The notes under the pieces: generated by a model | What the model was told of the DNA's origin: nothing | The model's database searches: none | Seen by the model: only the letters and a program-made list of their open reading frames with translations | Shown: positions 50,130-60,829 of the stretch, one piece after another | Layout of the letters: every line of letters starts with the position of its first letter | Numbering within the stretch: the first letter of the stretch is position 1 | Position numbers and translations under genes: made by a program | Assembly (NCBI GenBank): GCA_964199315.1 | Contig: OZ116710.1 | Span: 17,546,001-17,610,000 of the forward strand | Direction: 5' to 3' | Source: Orbicella franksi | Taxonomy: Eukaryota | DNA length: 64,000 bases

Positions 50130-51872
50130 CAGGAGCCATAATCGGGGACGGAGACCGTAAGTCTTGGGATCCGCGCGCACCTATGATATGGGACAATTTT
50201 CTATTTTTAGAACAAATTGCGCCATCCTGACGTCATATATCCGCGCGGATCCACGCACATGTCGGGGGTTTTCGTGTGGATGTTGTCACGTTGCATGATC
50301 AAATGGTGAGAGTTGAGAGATTCTCTTGCGTATCTTTCACAGCGATGGCAGGGTATAAGACAGGGACTAAGAACCAGGGCGCTTATATGTAGTTTTATGC
50401 TCTGAGCCAACGGAAAAGGTGGGTTTTTCAGGGTCGAAAACAAGACTTCAATCTCGCGCTGGGAATGAATAATAAGATCTGCTCGCGCTAGTTGTAAGCT
50501 TACGCATATGTTTTTGTGTTTGTTCTGACTTAAGAATATAGCAAGAAAACTCTCTACTCTGGTATCGAGTTAATTTGTGAGTTTCTCGGACAATGGTTAA
50601 TCATAACCAAAACCTGTTTTGATGGTTTCTTATTGCTTCTGCTTGTTTGGTGAGTCTGCAAAAGTTTTTGAAAGGAAAGTCTGACGCGTACAATTAGCTC
50701 ATTTGCATAGTGCGGCTCGTGCACTTTCAAGTCCGAGTCGTTGTTTTCAATTGTCAACAAATCTTGACAAAGATTTCTTTCGTTATCTTTTGTGCTGAGA
50801 TGCTGAAACAAATTTCACGAACGCAAAAAAGGCTACTAACATCATGTGTGTTTCTTCAACATAAGCATAGTGAAGTTTTACACTGCGAAAATGGAAATAG
50901 ACAAGGAGTTTGATAACTCGATCAACAAAATCAAAATGGTTATTCGAAGTTGATTAAAGAAAGCGTCATCGTAACTTTGCTGATTATTTCTGCTTTATTC
51001 GCATATTTTCAGCTTAGCTTTTAATATGTTCTCAAACATTTATCAAGCTTAAACATATTTAAAAACTATAGAATTCTTGTTTGAGTTCGATGTACGCTTT
51101 CACACGAAAGTGCGGCGGAAGTACAATTTGTCATGTTTACTGACTGTACAAAACACGCATCGGCGGGCGCTCTCATTCATCGACAACAGAGAATTTACTG
51201 GATTTTTACACGAATAAAACTGAGCGGTATCTACGGACGTAAAGTTATTGGGCCTTAATGAAACATCAAGCGTTGCTTACAATTCAGGCGAAACTCAAAC
51301 TAAGAATTATTTTGTTTTACTTTTCGGTCGCGATAGACTGGCAAATTCCTCGGAAGCGTGTGGCAAGAGGAGCTAGGAAACTATGAAGTCCTGAAGCTCT
51401 GCTATATCTAAATATATCGAGCTAGTTTTTTGTTGTGTAATGGAAAAGCTGTTAATCTTTAACATATGTGAAATTTAAAGTGGAGTAATGTACAGCTCAT
51501 GTAAAAGAAGCATCCGTCAGAACACAACTTGGTCAGCGATATATATCTAAGCTTAAAGCGGAACATACCCAAATTCGACACTGTCTCACTTCACTCAAAC
51601 TGGAGCAGCTTACGACGAAAATACTTAAGCAAAATTCCAACAGACGTAAACGCGTTGAGTTGTGGGCCAAAAACATAAAAAATATCGGGAATTTCGGACG
51701 CCATTTCCCCCCGCGCGACATCCGCAAAAATCCTCGCAGCATGTACGCGCGTGTGCCGCAGGCGATGGCGCAATTTGTTCTAAAAATAGAATTATTGTCC
51801 CATATCATGGGGACAACCCCAATACTAGAAATGGCGCGCGCTTACGGTCTCCGTCCCCGATTATGGCTCCTG
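50130..51872. mobile_element. Young 1743-bp non-autonomous DNA transposon (P-element-like), present only in the right unit
   Basis: Perfect 32-bp TIR CAGGAGCCATAATCGGGGACGGAGACCGTAAG, perfect TAACCAT target duplication, empty site at ~21270-21276, and no long ORF. Confidence 0.93.
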
Positions 51873-53134
51873 TAACCATTCAATAAATACAGCCAAGAAA
51901 AATTACGACAAAAATTGTTCGGAAAGGAAAAAATATATGGCTAAAAGCGTGTATAATTCCGGTCTGATATGCCTACATCTGGACTGTGAAGAACGCATCT
52001 TTAGAAAATGCTGGTTGAATTTTATCCTGCTCATCAAAATTCGATAAAGATAAAGGGGTCTCCTCGTGCTATTTTTGAAATAGAAGTGCTTAAAGCTAAA
52101 GTTAAGTGTTGTTTAGTAGCTACCTTGTCATGGTAACCTATTGTGTCACGAAAATGATAACAGCGTTTTCAGCAATGATTAGACAGTGTTTTGATACCAT
52201 GATTGTAGCATCAACTGATAAAGAGTGGTTATAATGACTCATCAAATTATCAGTCTTGGAAAGTGCTGGAAACTGTTTTGAGCTACCTTAAATTTACGCT
52301 AAAGTTACAACTCACGTGTTGCGCGAGAACGAAGCAATAAATCACGAGAAATACGAAAAGAGGAAACGTTGACACAAAAACGAAATATGTTTCTCCGTCA
52401 AACATATCCTAAGTCTTCCGTTTTTCCCTTTGTTTTATTATAATTGTTATTTAAAAAAAAAATAAAAACTGCGTTTGTTTGTAACCTTCACACATTTCTA
52501 CCTGCTTTGAGGATCAAATAAACAAAATTTAAGTACTTAGTTTAAATAAGTGACTAATTCCTCTGAAATATTATCATTCTTAATCATTTTTTTAAGTGAC
52601 AACTGACAACGAGTTACAAAAGACTATTTTACCTCAGAAATGCTGTAAATTTTATAAAAAGCTTCTTATCACTTCTTTTCGTCAAATTTAACGGTAAAGC
52701 CTACACAAAGTATAACAATGGCACTTAATTTTCTGATTTTCTGCTGTTGTGTCACACCTATTTAGTTAAATGTACACAGCAAGCTTTGACACTAGTTCTG
52801 AATCAGTTCAGCCCAAGTTTTTTGAAACATAAACTTTTTATGAAGCTGTAGTTTGTTATTTGCGTTCATAGACCAGGCTGATATCTTCTTCAAAACACTC
52901 GATTAAGTTATGATTACATTGAAATAATTACAGAGGATTTCCTTTTAATGACGACTTTTAATTATGCGGCCAGGACAAAAACGAGGAAGTGAACACGAGT
53001 CGTTGAAAAGAACTCATAAAGTCTGTGCATGAAATCCCGCGATTTCATAATCAATCGCTACTGATAAACGTACAGTTCCAAGTACTTCAACAGTTTGGTA
53101 AGAAATCGATCGAGGAAACGAAGTCTTAAGCAAC

Positions 53135-55028
53135 ATGGGTGATTCTAATAGCGCTTCTAAAAGTTTTGGTCCTAGTTTCACAGCGTCCCAGCCAAGTGCC
53201 GTCTCTATTGCTTTACAAACCGCAGTTCTGAGCCCCACGTTCATAGCAAACTTCCTCGGTAACATTTCTGTTTGCCTGGTTATTTGGGGCACGCGTTCCC
53301 TCAGACAAAGACCAAGCAGTTCTATTTTGGCCAGCTTAGCAATGTCTGACTTCTCCTTGCTGTCGTTTCTCCTCTTCCGTTTGATTTGGCTGTACGATTT
53401 TCAAGCAGTAAACAAAGCGTGCGAACATTTTATAGTGCTGTTTATAGTACTGTTGTACGTCAGCATTGGTCATATTTGTCTTCTCAGTTGCGATCGCTAC
53501 ATTGCTATCATATATCCTCTGAGGTACACTGAAATTGTCACCAGAAGACGTGTGACGCTAGCCTTGTTGGTTGCCTGGGGTGCCCCTGTGGTTTCCACGG
53601 TGGTTTTGCCTCTGTGTTTTGGTGGCGGAGCCCACTCTCAGTTTCGAACAAGCATGATCGGTTGCTCTGAGTCCACAGGCGAGCCACCCTCGTTGTACAA
53701 AGTTCATCTCGCATTCAACGGCACCCTGTTTCTGGTGATTCCATTTGTGGTGACGATTTTCGTCTATGGCCATGTCGCCAAAATCTCTTGGTATCAGAGC
53801 AGCCGAGTTGAACCTTGCGAAAACCTGAATCCCGAAACTGCTGAGTTAAGAAGAAGGAAGAAAAAAGAGATGAAATGGATGAAGACAATAGGTAACCAGA
53901 GCTTTGTTAGTCCTAACGGTACACTTTAAATTCACTTTGCTATTATTCTAAGTTCATTTTTGGTCACTTTACTCTGCTCCGAGTCGTGATTCGTTTGTTG
54001 TTGTCCGAACCACGAGTAATGTGCCAGCTATAAAATGTCATTGTCTCTTGAAACTGTGGCCTGAATAAAATAAAAAAAAAATAAAATAAAAAGTTAAAAT
54101 TAAAAAACAAAACTCGAAAAGAAAGGTAGAAATGCAAACAGAAGCCAGCAAGACTAATTTTACATATTTTGCCTAACTTTGTCAGTAAATAACCTGGAAG
54201 ATTCTTGAAAGAACCTCTGAATTTAAAGGAAAATATTCCGGTTAGAGGAAAAGCTTTGTCCAACGTTACATGTACAATGTGTGTCTTACACTTTGTACAC
54301 GTCTGCTAGTACATGTTTGCCACTCCTCTCTGCAGCAGCCTGTTAAGAAGCCTGTTAAGTGCTTTTTTACTGTTTTGAATGATTAGCATCGTATTCCATG
54401 ATAATTATTTGACATTCATATACAGTTCGGGTCGAACTATAAAACAACATTGATCAGTGTGATCAATCAAACTTATGTCGTCTCTTCCAGAGTTGCTTTT
54501 CGTCTAAGTTACTTGTTTTAACCTGGTTATTGTGGTTTTTTTTCCTTTTTTAACTTGTGATTGCGTTAGCAAGCTACGAGTTACAGTAGGTGATCAGATT
54601 ATTGTTTGTTTTTTTTTTCAGTTATGGTGATCGGCGCGTTCACCTTGTGCTATCTCCCAGGATTCATCTGTGTACTGCTCACGGTAAAACTTGGCCCCAG
54701 TCGAATTCCCAACGCACTCCGCTCTGTCGTCATTGTGTTGACAGCAATAAACAGCGCTCTCAACCCGATCATTTACATGTTCAGATCCAACGAGTTCAGA
54801 ATCGCCTTCAAGAAATTATTCAGAGGTAGTTCGATTGTTCCGCTGCCGACTGAAGGCAAAAAGAAAGCCCGTGCTGATAGGCCATGTCTGAAAGTTTCCA
54901 CAGGCGACCAACATGGTCGTCAGCCCTCATTCCCAACTGTTCCAACTGAGGATGTGAAAGCCTTAAGTTGTCGTATACCGGCAAGCTCCGAGATTGTTGT
55001 AAACGTGACTGAAGTAAACCTGCCATAA
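53135..55028 (+). CDS. Orphan class A GPCR type C, copy C2, intact, 387 aa. Exons 53135-53891 and 54622-55028
   Basis: 757+407 nt with the same phase-1 intron. Motifs: LAMSD, DRY, CYLP, NSALNPIIY. Confidence 0.92.
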
Positions 55029-55559
55029 CTATATGTGGGTCCAGTGGTGATTAGCTCTGTCTGCCTGGCTGGTGTTAGAACCAGACGAAATGTTCACCAC
55101 GTTCGTTTAACATTCAGTTTCCACTCGAAACTTGAGGTCTACAAATATGGTTATCATTTGAGGCATTTGTCTTTTTATTTTACAGTATCCACCAGGCAGT
55201 TTTTTTATTGAGGTTTTCAGTTGCCTTTGAATCTTGAAGATCAAATGCCAGTTAACGATGTGATTTTCATTGATACACATGTGCAAGTGCCGTTCAACTA
55301 ATTTAGATTTAATGATAAAAATTATTATAAACAAAAAGCTTCACAAACCTTCTCTGAAAGAAAATCTGAATCAAAAGTGAACCTTTTTTTCTAAATGTCG
55401 TATTTCCAGTCATGTGTCAGAAGAATCTTGAAATTTTTCTAAAAAAATTATAATACCTACCTTTTCCTCAAAATAGTGGTCCAAATAAAGTTGGGAAAAA
55501 GAGAAGGCAGAATTCATCCGGGACCTTCTTGTCATGCAGATTAACTCAGGAAAGCTTAA

Positions 55560-57001
55560 GGTTACAGTATACCTTAAGGGGTGTCTCGCGCGCAAGCGAT
55601 GTAGCGCGTGCAGTTTAAGCTGTAGATACCTAAACCCCTATATCAAATTAAAGCTTATGGAGCTGGCTATCAAACTATACCAAGAATTTTGAAAGAAAAT
55701 GAATTGTCGAATTTTTCACGACCACTAAATGCGAGCGCCCGAATCACCTTTCGAAAGCTACAAGTCAAAGCGAATTTCGTTTTTCGCCAATTTAATTTTT
55801 TCCTCGGTTTCAGGGCCCAAAGCGCTTAAAAAACGTGTCTGCGTTTTGGTATATTCAATTGCAGTAAAAAGTTACAGAACATTTTCGAAATAGGATTTAA
55901 AAAATGTGGAGTGATCGTACAAAAATCGCTCTCGAAGAAAAAGTATCTCGAAATTAACAATTCCCAGACACGCTTTTGTAGTTTATATGTTAAACTAGCC
56001 ACTGTCCAAATTTAAGAGCAATTGAACAAAATCCCTTTGAGTTATAACTCTTTAAAGTGTCTGCTTCAAGTGAAAAGATTTATTCGAGAAAACAGCGCTA
56101 AGAACAATTTTATGCTTCGCAAACAAACTCCGCCCACAAACGCCTTCAACTGGGTTCTCAGATAACTAAGCCAATCAGTGCAGGGAAAGTTTATTACCGT
56201 TAACCCCCTGGTGAAATTTACGCGCGAATCTCTAAAAAACTCTTGTGTTTAGCAATGCGCTCAAGGAACCGAAGGCAGAGAGAGAATTTTTCTGTAGCTC
56301 GGTTTTTCTTGAAGTTGGTCTGGCAAAATGGGGAAGACTAAAAAGGATACGAACGCTAGAGTGGCTGAGCGAAGGAAACAAACAAAAGAAAGCGCAGAGA
56401 GCAACTGTGTGTGGGCAACTGTGCATGGATAATATTTCAAATGGTCTCAATGAGTCCGACGATATCGGACTCAGCATCCTGTTATTGCTGTCAAGTTCCG
56501 AAATTTTTACAGAACCTTTCTTTTCTCTTACCACGAATATTTCCCCGCCTTATACGATAACTATAGCTTCATCTGCGTGGCGAACTTTCGCTTCTTCACT
56601 CACTGATGTATTTTCATTCGTTCTTCGCTGTTTTCGCTTTTTCGAACTGGTCCATGGTTTAAACGTGGTCTATGTTTACTTATAACTTAATAGAGACACG
56701 CCTAATACCAAAAATGCTGGGTAGTCAGAACAACAATGCTGATCAACTGAGTAGTCAATTCGTGACATCCACATAGGTAATTCCCGCGAAAATCGTCTCG
56801 GTTGATTGCATACGCGCCATAGGGCTGTCAATCAAGAGGTAACTTTTACTTCCGGTGAAAACGTAAAACCGCCATTTCTCCGCCAATATTTAGCCTTTTT
56901 CAAAATTTTTTTTCAGAAATTAGAGATTATTCTTCGACCACTATTTTGACCCAAAAATCCAAATTTGAAGAAAATTGCCGACCCGAAGGTATACTGTAAC
57001 C
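55560..57001. mobile_element. 1442-bp TTAA-flanked non-autonomous element (Kolobok-like), probably composite
   Basis: TTAA|GGTTACAGTATACCTT ... AAGGTATACTGTAACC|TTAA, a perfect 16-bp TIR. The paralogous empty site GGAAAGCCTAAGTTCTAA is at 20192-20209. Confidence 0.85.
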
Positions 57002-57107
57002 TTAAGTTCTAAAATAGGCAAGAGCCCCAGGAGATAATATAAATATTGCAATTATATTGACATTCACTGTATGAATATTGTCCTCTTTACGTTTTATAAT
57101 TGTTGTC

Positions 57108-57387
57108 GAAGCTGTTTTCAATTGGGCTTCGTGAGACGAAAACGTTAGCAATCACTTTAACCAATCACGAATGACACAGACAATCTATTGAACCAAGAAC
57201 TTCAAACAAATCAGTGCAGCCGACGCGACGCGCGAAAAAACGCGCGGAAGCGATTCTTGATTAGTTTGGATTTTTGTTCTGAATGGATGAGAAACTGGTG
57301 CCAGTTTTTTTAGCCAATCGCGCCGCGTAATAATGCAAAACCAAAGCTAATGTAAATCGCTTTCGACACTCAAGTGAAAACCGTTCT
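57108..57387. mobile_element. Degenerate MITE
   Basis: Imperfect inverted ends GAAGCTGTTTTCAATTGGGCTTCG / CGACACTCAAGTGAAAACCGTTCT. Confidence 0.45.
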
Positions 57388-58196
57388 GAAAGCAGAAATT
57401 GTCTAAATTGAACACATAACAAAGTTTTCAGCACCCCAGCCGATGAAGCCCGATTAAAGCCCCGCGTCTTTGACCAAAAACAATTATTGGAAGATTGATT
57501 GGCATTGAAATTTTGGTCAGAATATAAATTGAAAGACAATTTTGGCTTGCCGATCGGAAAGTTTTCGAAATCAAACGGGACGTCTTGAAGGGTAGTCCAA
57601 AGTTTCCAACCGATATATCCGAGTGGAAAATGTGCTTACCATTTGTAATTCTTTACTGCCATCTTGGACTTATGATCAGGTCGAACTCGTCCTAGGCTTC
57701 TCTCGGTAAATTGGGTTTTTTTGAGTTAATGGTAAAATGGTCAATTCGAACGGAACTTACGATTAGGCATTTTTGCTTGTCATTTGCACAGACCTTTGAC
57801 AAACCAGTTTCGCCTTGTAAATGTTAAACAACCCAGAACTTTGGTAAACTTTACCCAGGCTTGCTCTTCAATCAGTTGAACTTGCCATGAAGATAGCGCC
57901 GTCTATAAAGATGGCGACCAAGCGAAGTCACTGGACTGGGGCAGGGACACTTCTGAGATTGCAGTCAACCGGAAGACCTAGTTAGTTTAGAGGAGCGTCT
58001 TTTTCTTCTGGGGCATAAAAAACGAATATTAAGTGTATCATAGTCACTTGTCCATCATCCCCCAGAATTGGTAAGCTGTCCCAATGGGGACTTGTGCGTA
58101 CTTTACGAAACACCGTTTTGAATCTAGCACCGTACTTTTGGCTTATTTTTATAAGCCTGTTTAAATATATCCTCTAGATCTCCTGTCCACTTTCAA

Positions 58197-58208
58197 CCAA
58201 TCAATCAG

Positions 58209-58239
<31 letters not shown>

Positions 58240-58272
58240 GTCAGTCAGTCAGTCAGTCAGTCAATCAATCAA
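58197..58272. repeat. (TCAA)n/(TCAG)n compound microsatellite
   Basis: Directly visible tetranucleotide tandem repeat. Confidence 0.95.
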
Positions 58273-58419
58273 TTTATTAGTGTCAAAACCTTGGATATGG
58301 AGACCTTTCGCTCACCTTTTACTTAATTATTTTTTGCCATATAGTAAATAGATAGATAGATCGAAAGACAGACAGGTAGATAATTTCGTTTACAAAAACG
58401 GTAAAATTAATAAATTTCA

Positions 58420-58540
58420 ACCCCACTTCGACTATTTTTCAACTCCACTTCGATTATTGCAATACTGTATGGAACAACTGTAAGAACTGATAAAGGGTTC
58501 GCTAAAAAGCTTCAGAAACTTCAGAATTTTGTCGCTCATT
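58420..58540 (+). mobile_element. LINE ORF2 fragment
   Basis: HFDYCNTVWNNC followed by KLQKLQNF, a motif typical of the post-RT region of CR1/L2-group ORF2. Confidence 0.55.
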
Positions 58541-58777
58541 ATGGTTGCAGTCTCGATGATCTGTTTTTCTGATCTGAATTTCATGCTGCATTTTCAAGCT
58601 GAAAGAAAAAGCCTGAATCAAAACAAAATGTCGTCAAATTTAAACATCTTAAGACATCTTAATCCGGACATTTTTTTTTTTTTTTTATTCCGAACCTTTG
58701 TTTAAACGCAAACTGTGTTATGTTTTTTTATCATAATGTTAATTTACCTCTGGTGCAATGTCCCATTAAAGCACCAG

Positions 58778-59005
58778 GGGCCCGTTTCTCGAAAGCCCCG
58801 AAATGTTTTCGCACCCGGAAAGCCGTAGCAAAATCTCAAACCAGATGATTACAGAGTTGTTTTATTCGCATATTCTTAATATAAACAGAGGTTCTCTTCA
58901 TACAAGAAGTTTCAGGCGTATACACTTCTCCGTTTTCAGATACAGATGAACTAAAAATTGCTTTACGGGTCCGAAACATTTCCGGGGCTTTAGAGAAACG
59001 GGCCC
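58778..59005. mobile_element. PIF/Harbinger-like MITE with CAG target duplication
   Basis: CAG|GGGCCCGTTTCTCGAAAGCCCCG ... CGGGGCTTTAGAGAAACGGGCCC|CAG. Confidence 0.8.
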
Positions 59006-59367
59006 CAGGTCTGTAAATTTAAGATTTACAGACAGTTCATTAAGTTTGTTCATGATATGGTTCAGATCCTCCACCGATTCAAGGAACTATCGAATTATTA
59101 CCACAAATTGGATTGAAGAAGGTCCAGTGCTCTAAATAATTAAGAGGAATTGTGCTCGGCAACTTTCGAGCAACTTTTGGCGTTTGGAGCAACTTTTTGC
59201 GGTACTAGCAACGTCGAGCAAGTTTTGCCTTTTTGAGCAACTTTTGAGCAAATTACTGGTTCAGGGCTCATATCAGCCACGAAAAAGTCAACGATTTCAT
59301 AGAAAAACTTGTGATTGGTTAAGAACCATGACCGCGGATCCATTGTGAACTGCTTTTTACTTTTGAC

Positions 59368-59770
59368 CTACCGAACTTTAAGTTAACGCTAGGGAAAAAC
59401 GCATTTAGAATTTCAGGCGCGGTTCTTTTTAATGATTTACCCACATCAGTAAAAGAAGCCACCTCGCTTTCCATTTTTAAGAACTCTCTTAGTTTTCATT
59501 TTAGCAATTAGTTTTCTACCAATGTAATACTTAGATATACTTTGTTCTCTTTTGTTGTATTGATCTAGAAAAATCGTACTTCATAGATATGTAATTTCCT
59601 TCTTATTCAATTTTTAAACTCCTTGTTCATAACTTTGCGGTAATTTTTATATCCTGAATTTTTTATCATGTAGTCTTGATTTTGCGCAGGACCGCTTTTG
59701 ATACCGGCCTATGGCTGATGGGACTACCCTGCCTAAATAATCAAGGATGACTTGACTTGACTTGACTTGA
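59368..59770 (+). mobile_element. 5'-truncated LINE 3' end with (GACTT)n tail
   Basis: LPNFKLTLGKNAFRISGAVLFNDLPTSVKEATSLSIFKNSL...* (stop 59509-59511), then an AT-rich 3' UTR, CTAAATAA and a GACTT tandem tail at 59749-59770. Confidence 0.7.
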
Positions 59771-60829
59771 CCAGACTCGACTTCCAGTAGTCCAAACAAG
59801 CATGTTCTTCCCTCTCCATACGACCATTGATACGTTTAAAATAATTTGAGGTTTACACTAATGTAAACGTTTCCATATTTGAGGCTCACAATTTGATTTT
59901 GGTTATGAAACGGAGCCCACCTACCCCTCCCCCATTTCTCGTATTTCAAATCAATATTAGTCATCATTTCAATGCTATCTGGATGAGGAGAGATTGGATA
60001 CTAGTTATCTCTTCTTGTCACATTACGTGTTCGCTATCAACAACCTTTCTAGTCTATTATCACCTACTCAATATATTTCACCTTCTATGAACCTGTTATA
60101 GCTTATTTTACGCTACTTTATTCATATTTACATAACTTAAAATGAAGCTCTTCCGATGCAAAAAGCCATTTCTACAAACCGAATAAAAATATCGACAAAA
60201 ATTCTGCTCCCCTCTTCGATCATAACGCTTCCCACAGATAAGAGATCCTTTCAGGGACTGAGGGGGAGAAGTGACGAGACATTAACGTTCAAAGCAACTT
60301 TTAAACCTATAAAAACTACATTCTTCTTATTACATCTTTCGCTTTTGAGAACTTGTTATGATGCTTAAACGGATAAGCCGATCAGAAAAGCAAACAATAA
60401 CAAACTAACGTTTCATCGAGATCAAAATTTCACGTTTAGTCGATCAGAACACAGAAGTGGAATACTCCCAATCAATTCCACAAAAATGCTGGTTTACACC
60501 CTTCCCAGCACCCTTGCCCCTAACATAAAAAAATCTAAGTATAGATAAATTCCCCTATCTCGAACCCTCAAGGAAAACGAAAAGAATGGCTTGAGAAAAC
60601 GGTGGTTTGAAATAGCCGATATTAAATGACTGAAAAGTATGCTCGAGGGGGAAAAAGTAGTTTGAGGTAGTGAGGTTCTACTCTATCCCTGATGGGAAGG
60701 AATGTTCTTGAATTTTTGTGGTATGTTAATACCATTATAGTGAAGAAATATTTACATAATGTTTGGCCAATTGTCACCTAGCTATTTAATACATTTATAT
60801 AGCTATCTCTACTAGTAACGAACGTACAT

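Larger units (their letters stand above)
28836..53565 (+). repeat. Right unit of the ~28.8-kb tandem segmental duplication
   Basis: Colinear with 1-~22950. Similarity drops to paralog level partway through GPCR C exon 1. Confidence 0.95.

Noticed and set aside
56245-56685. 146-aa ORF inside the TTAA element as a transposase or cargo gene
   Set aside because: Non-ATG start, no recognisable motif, and the opposite-strand frames are interrupted by stops.
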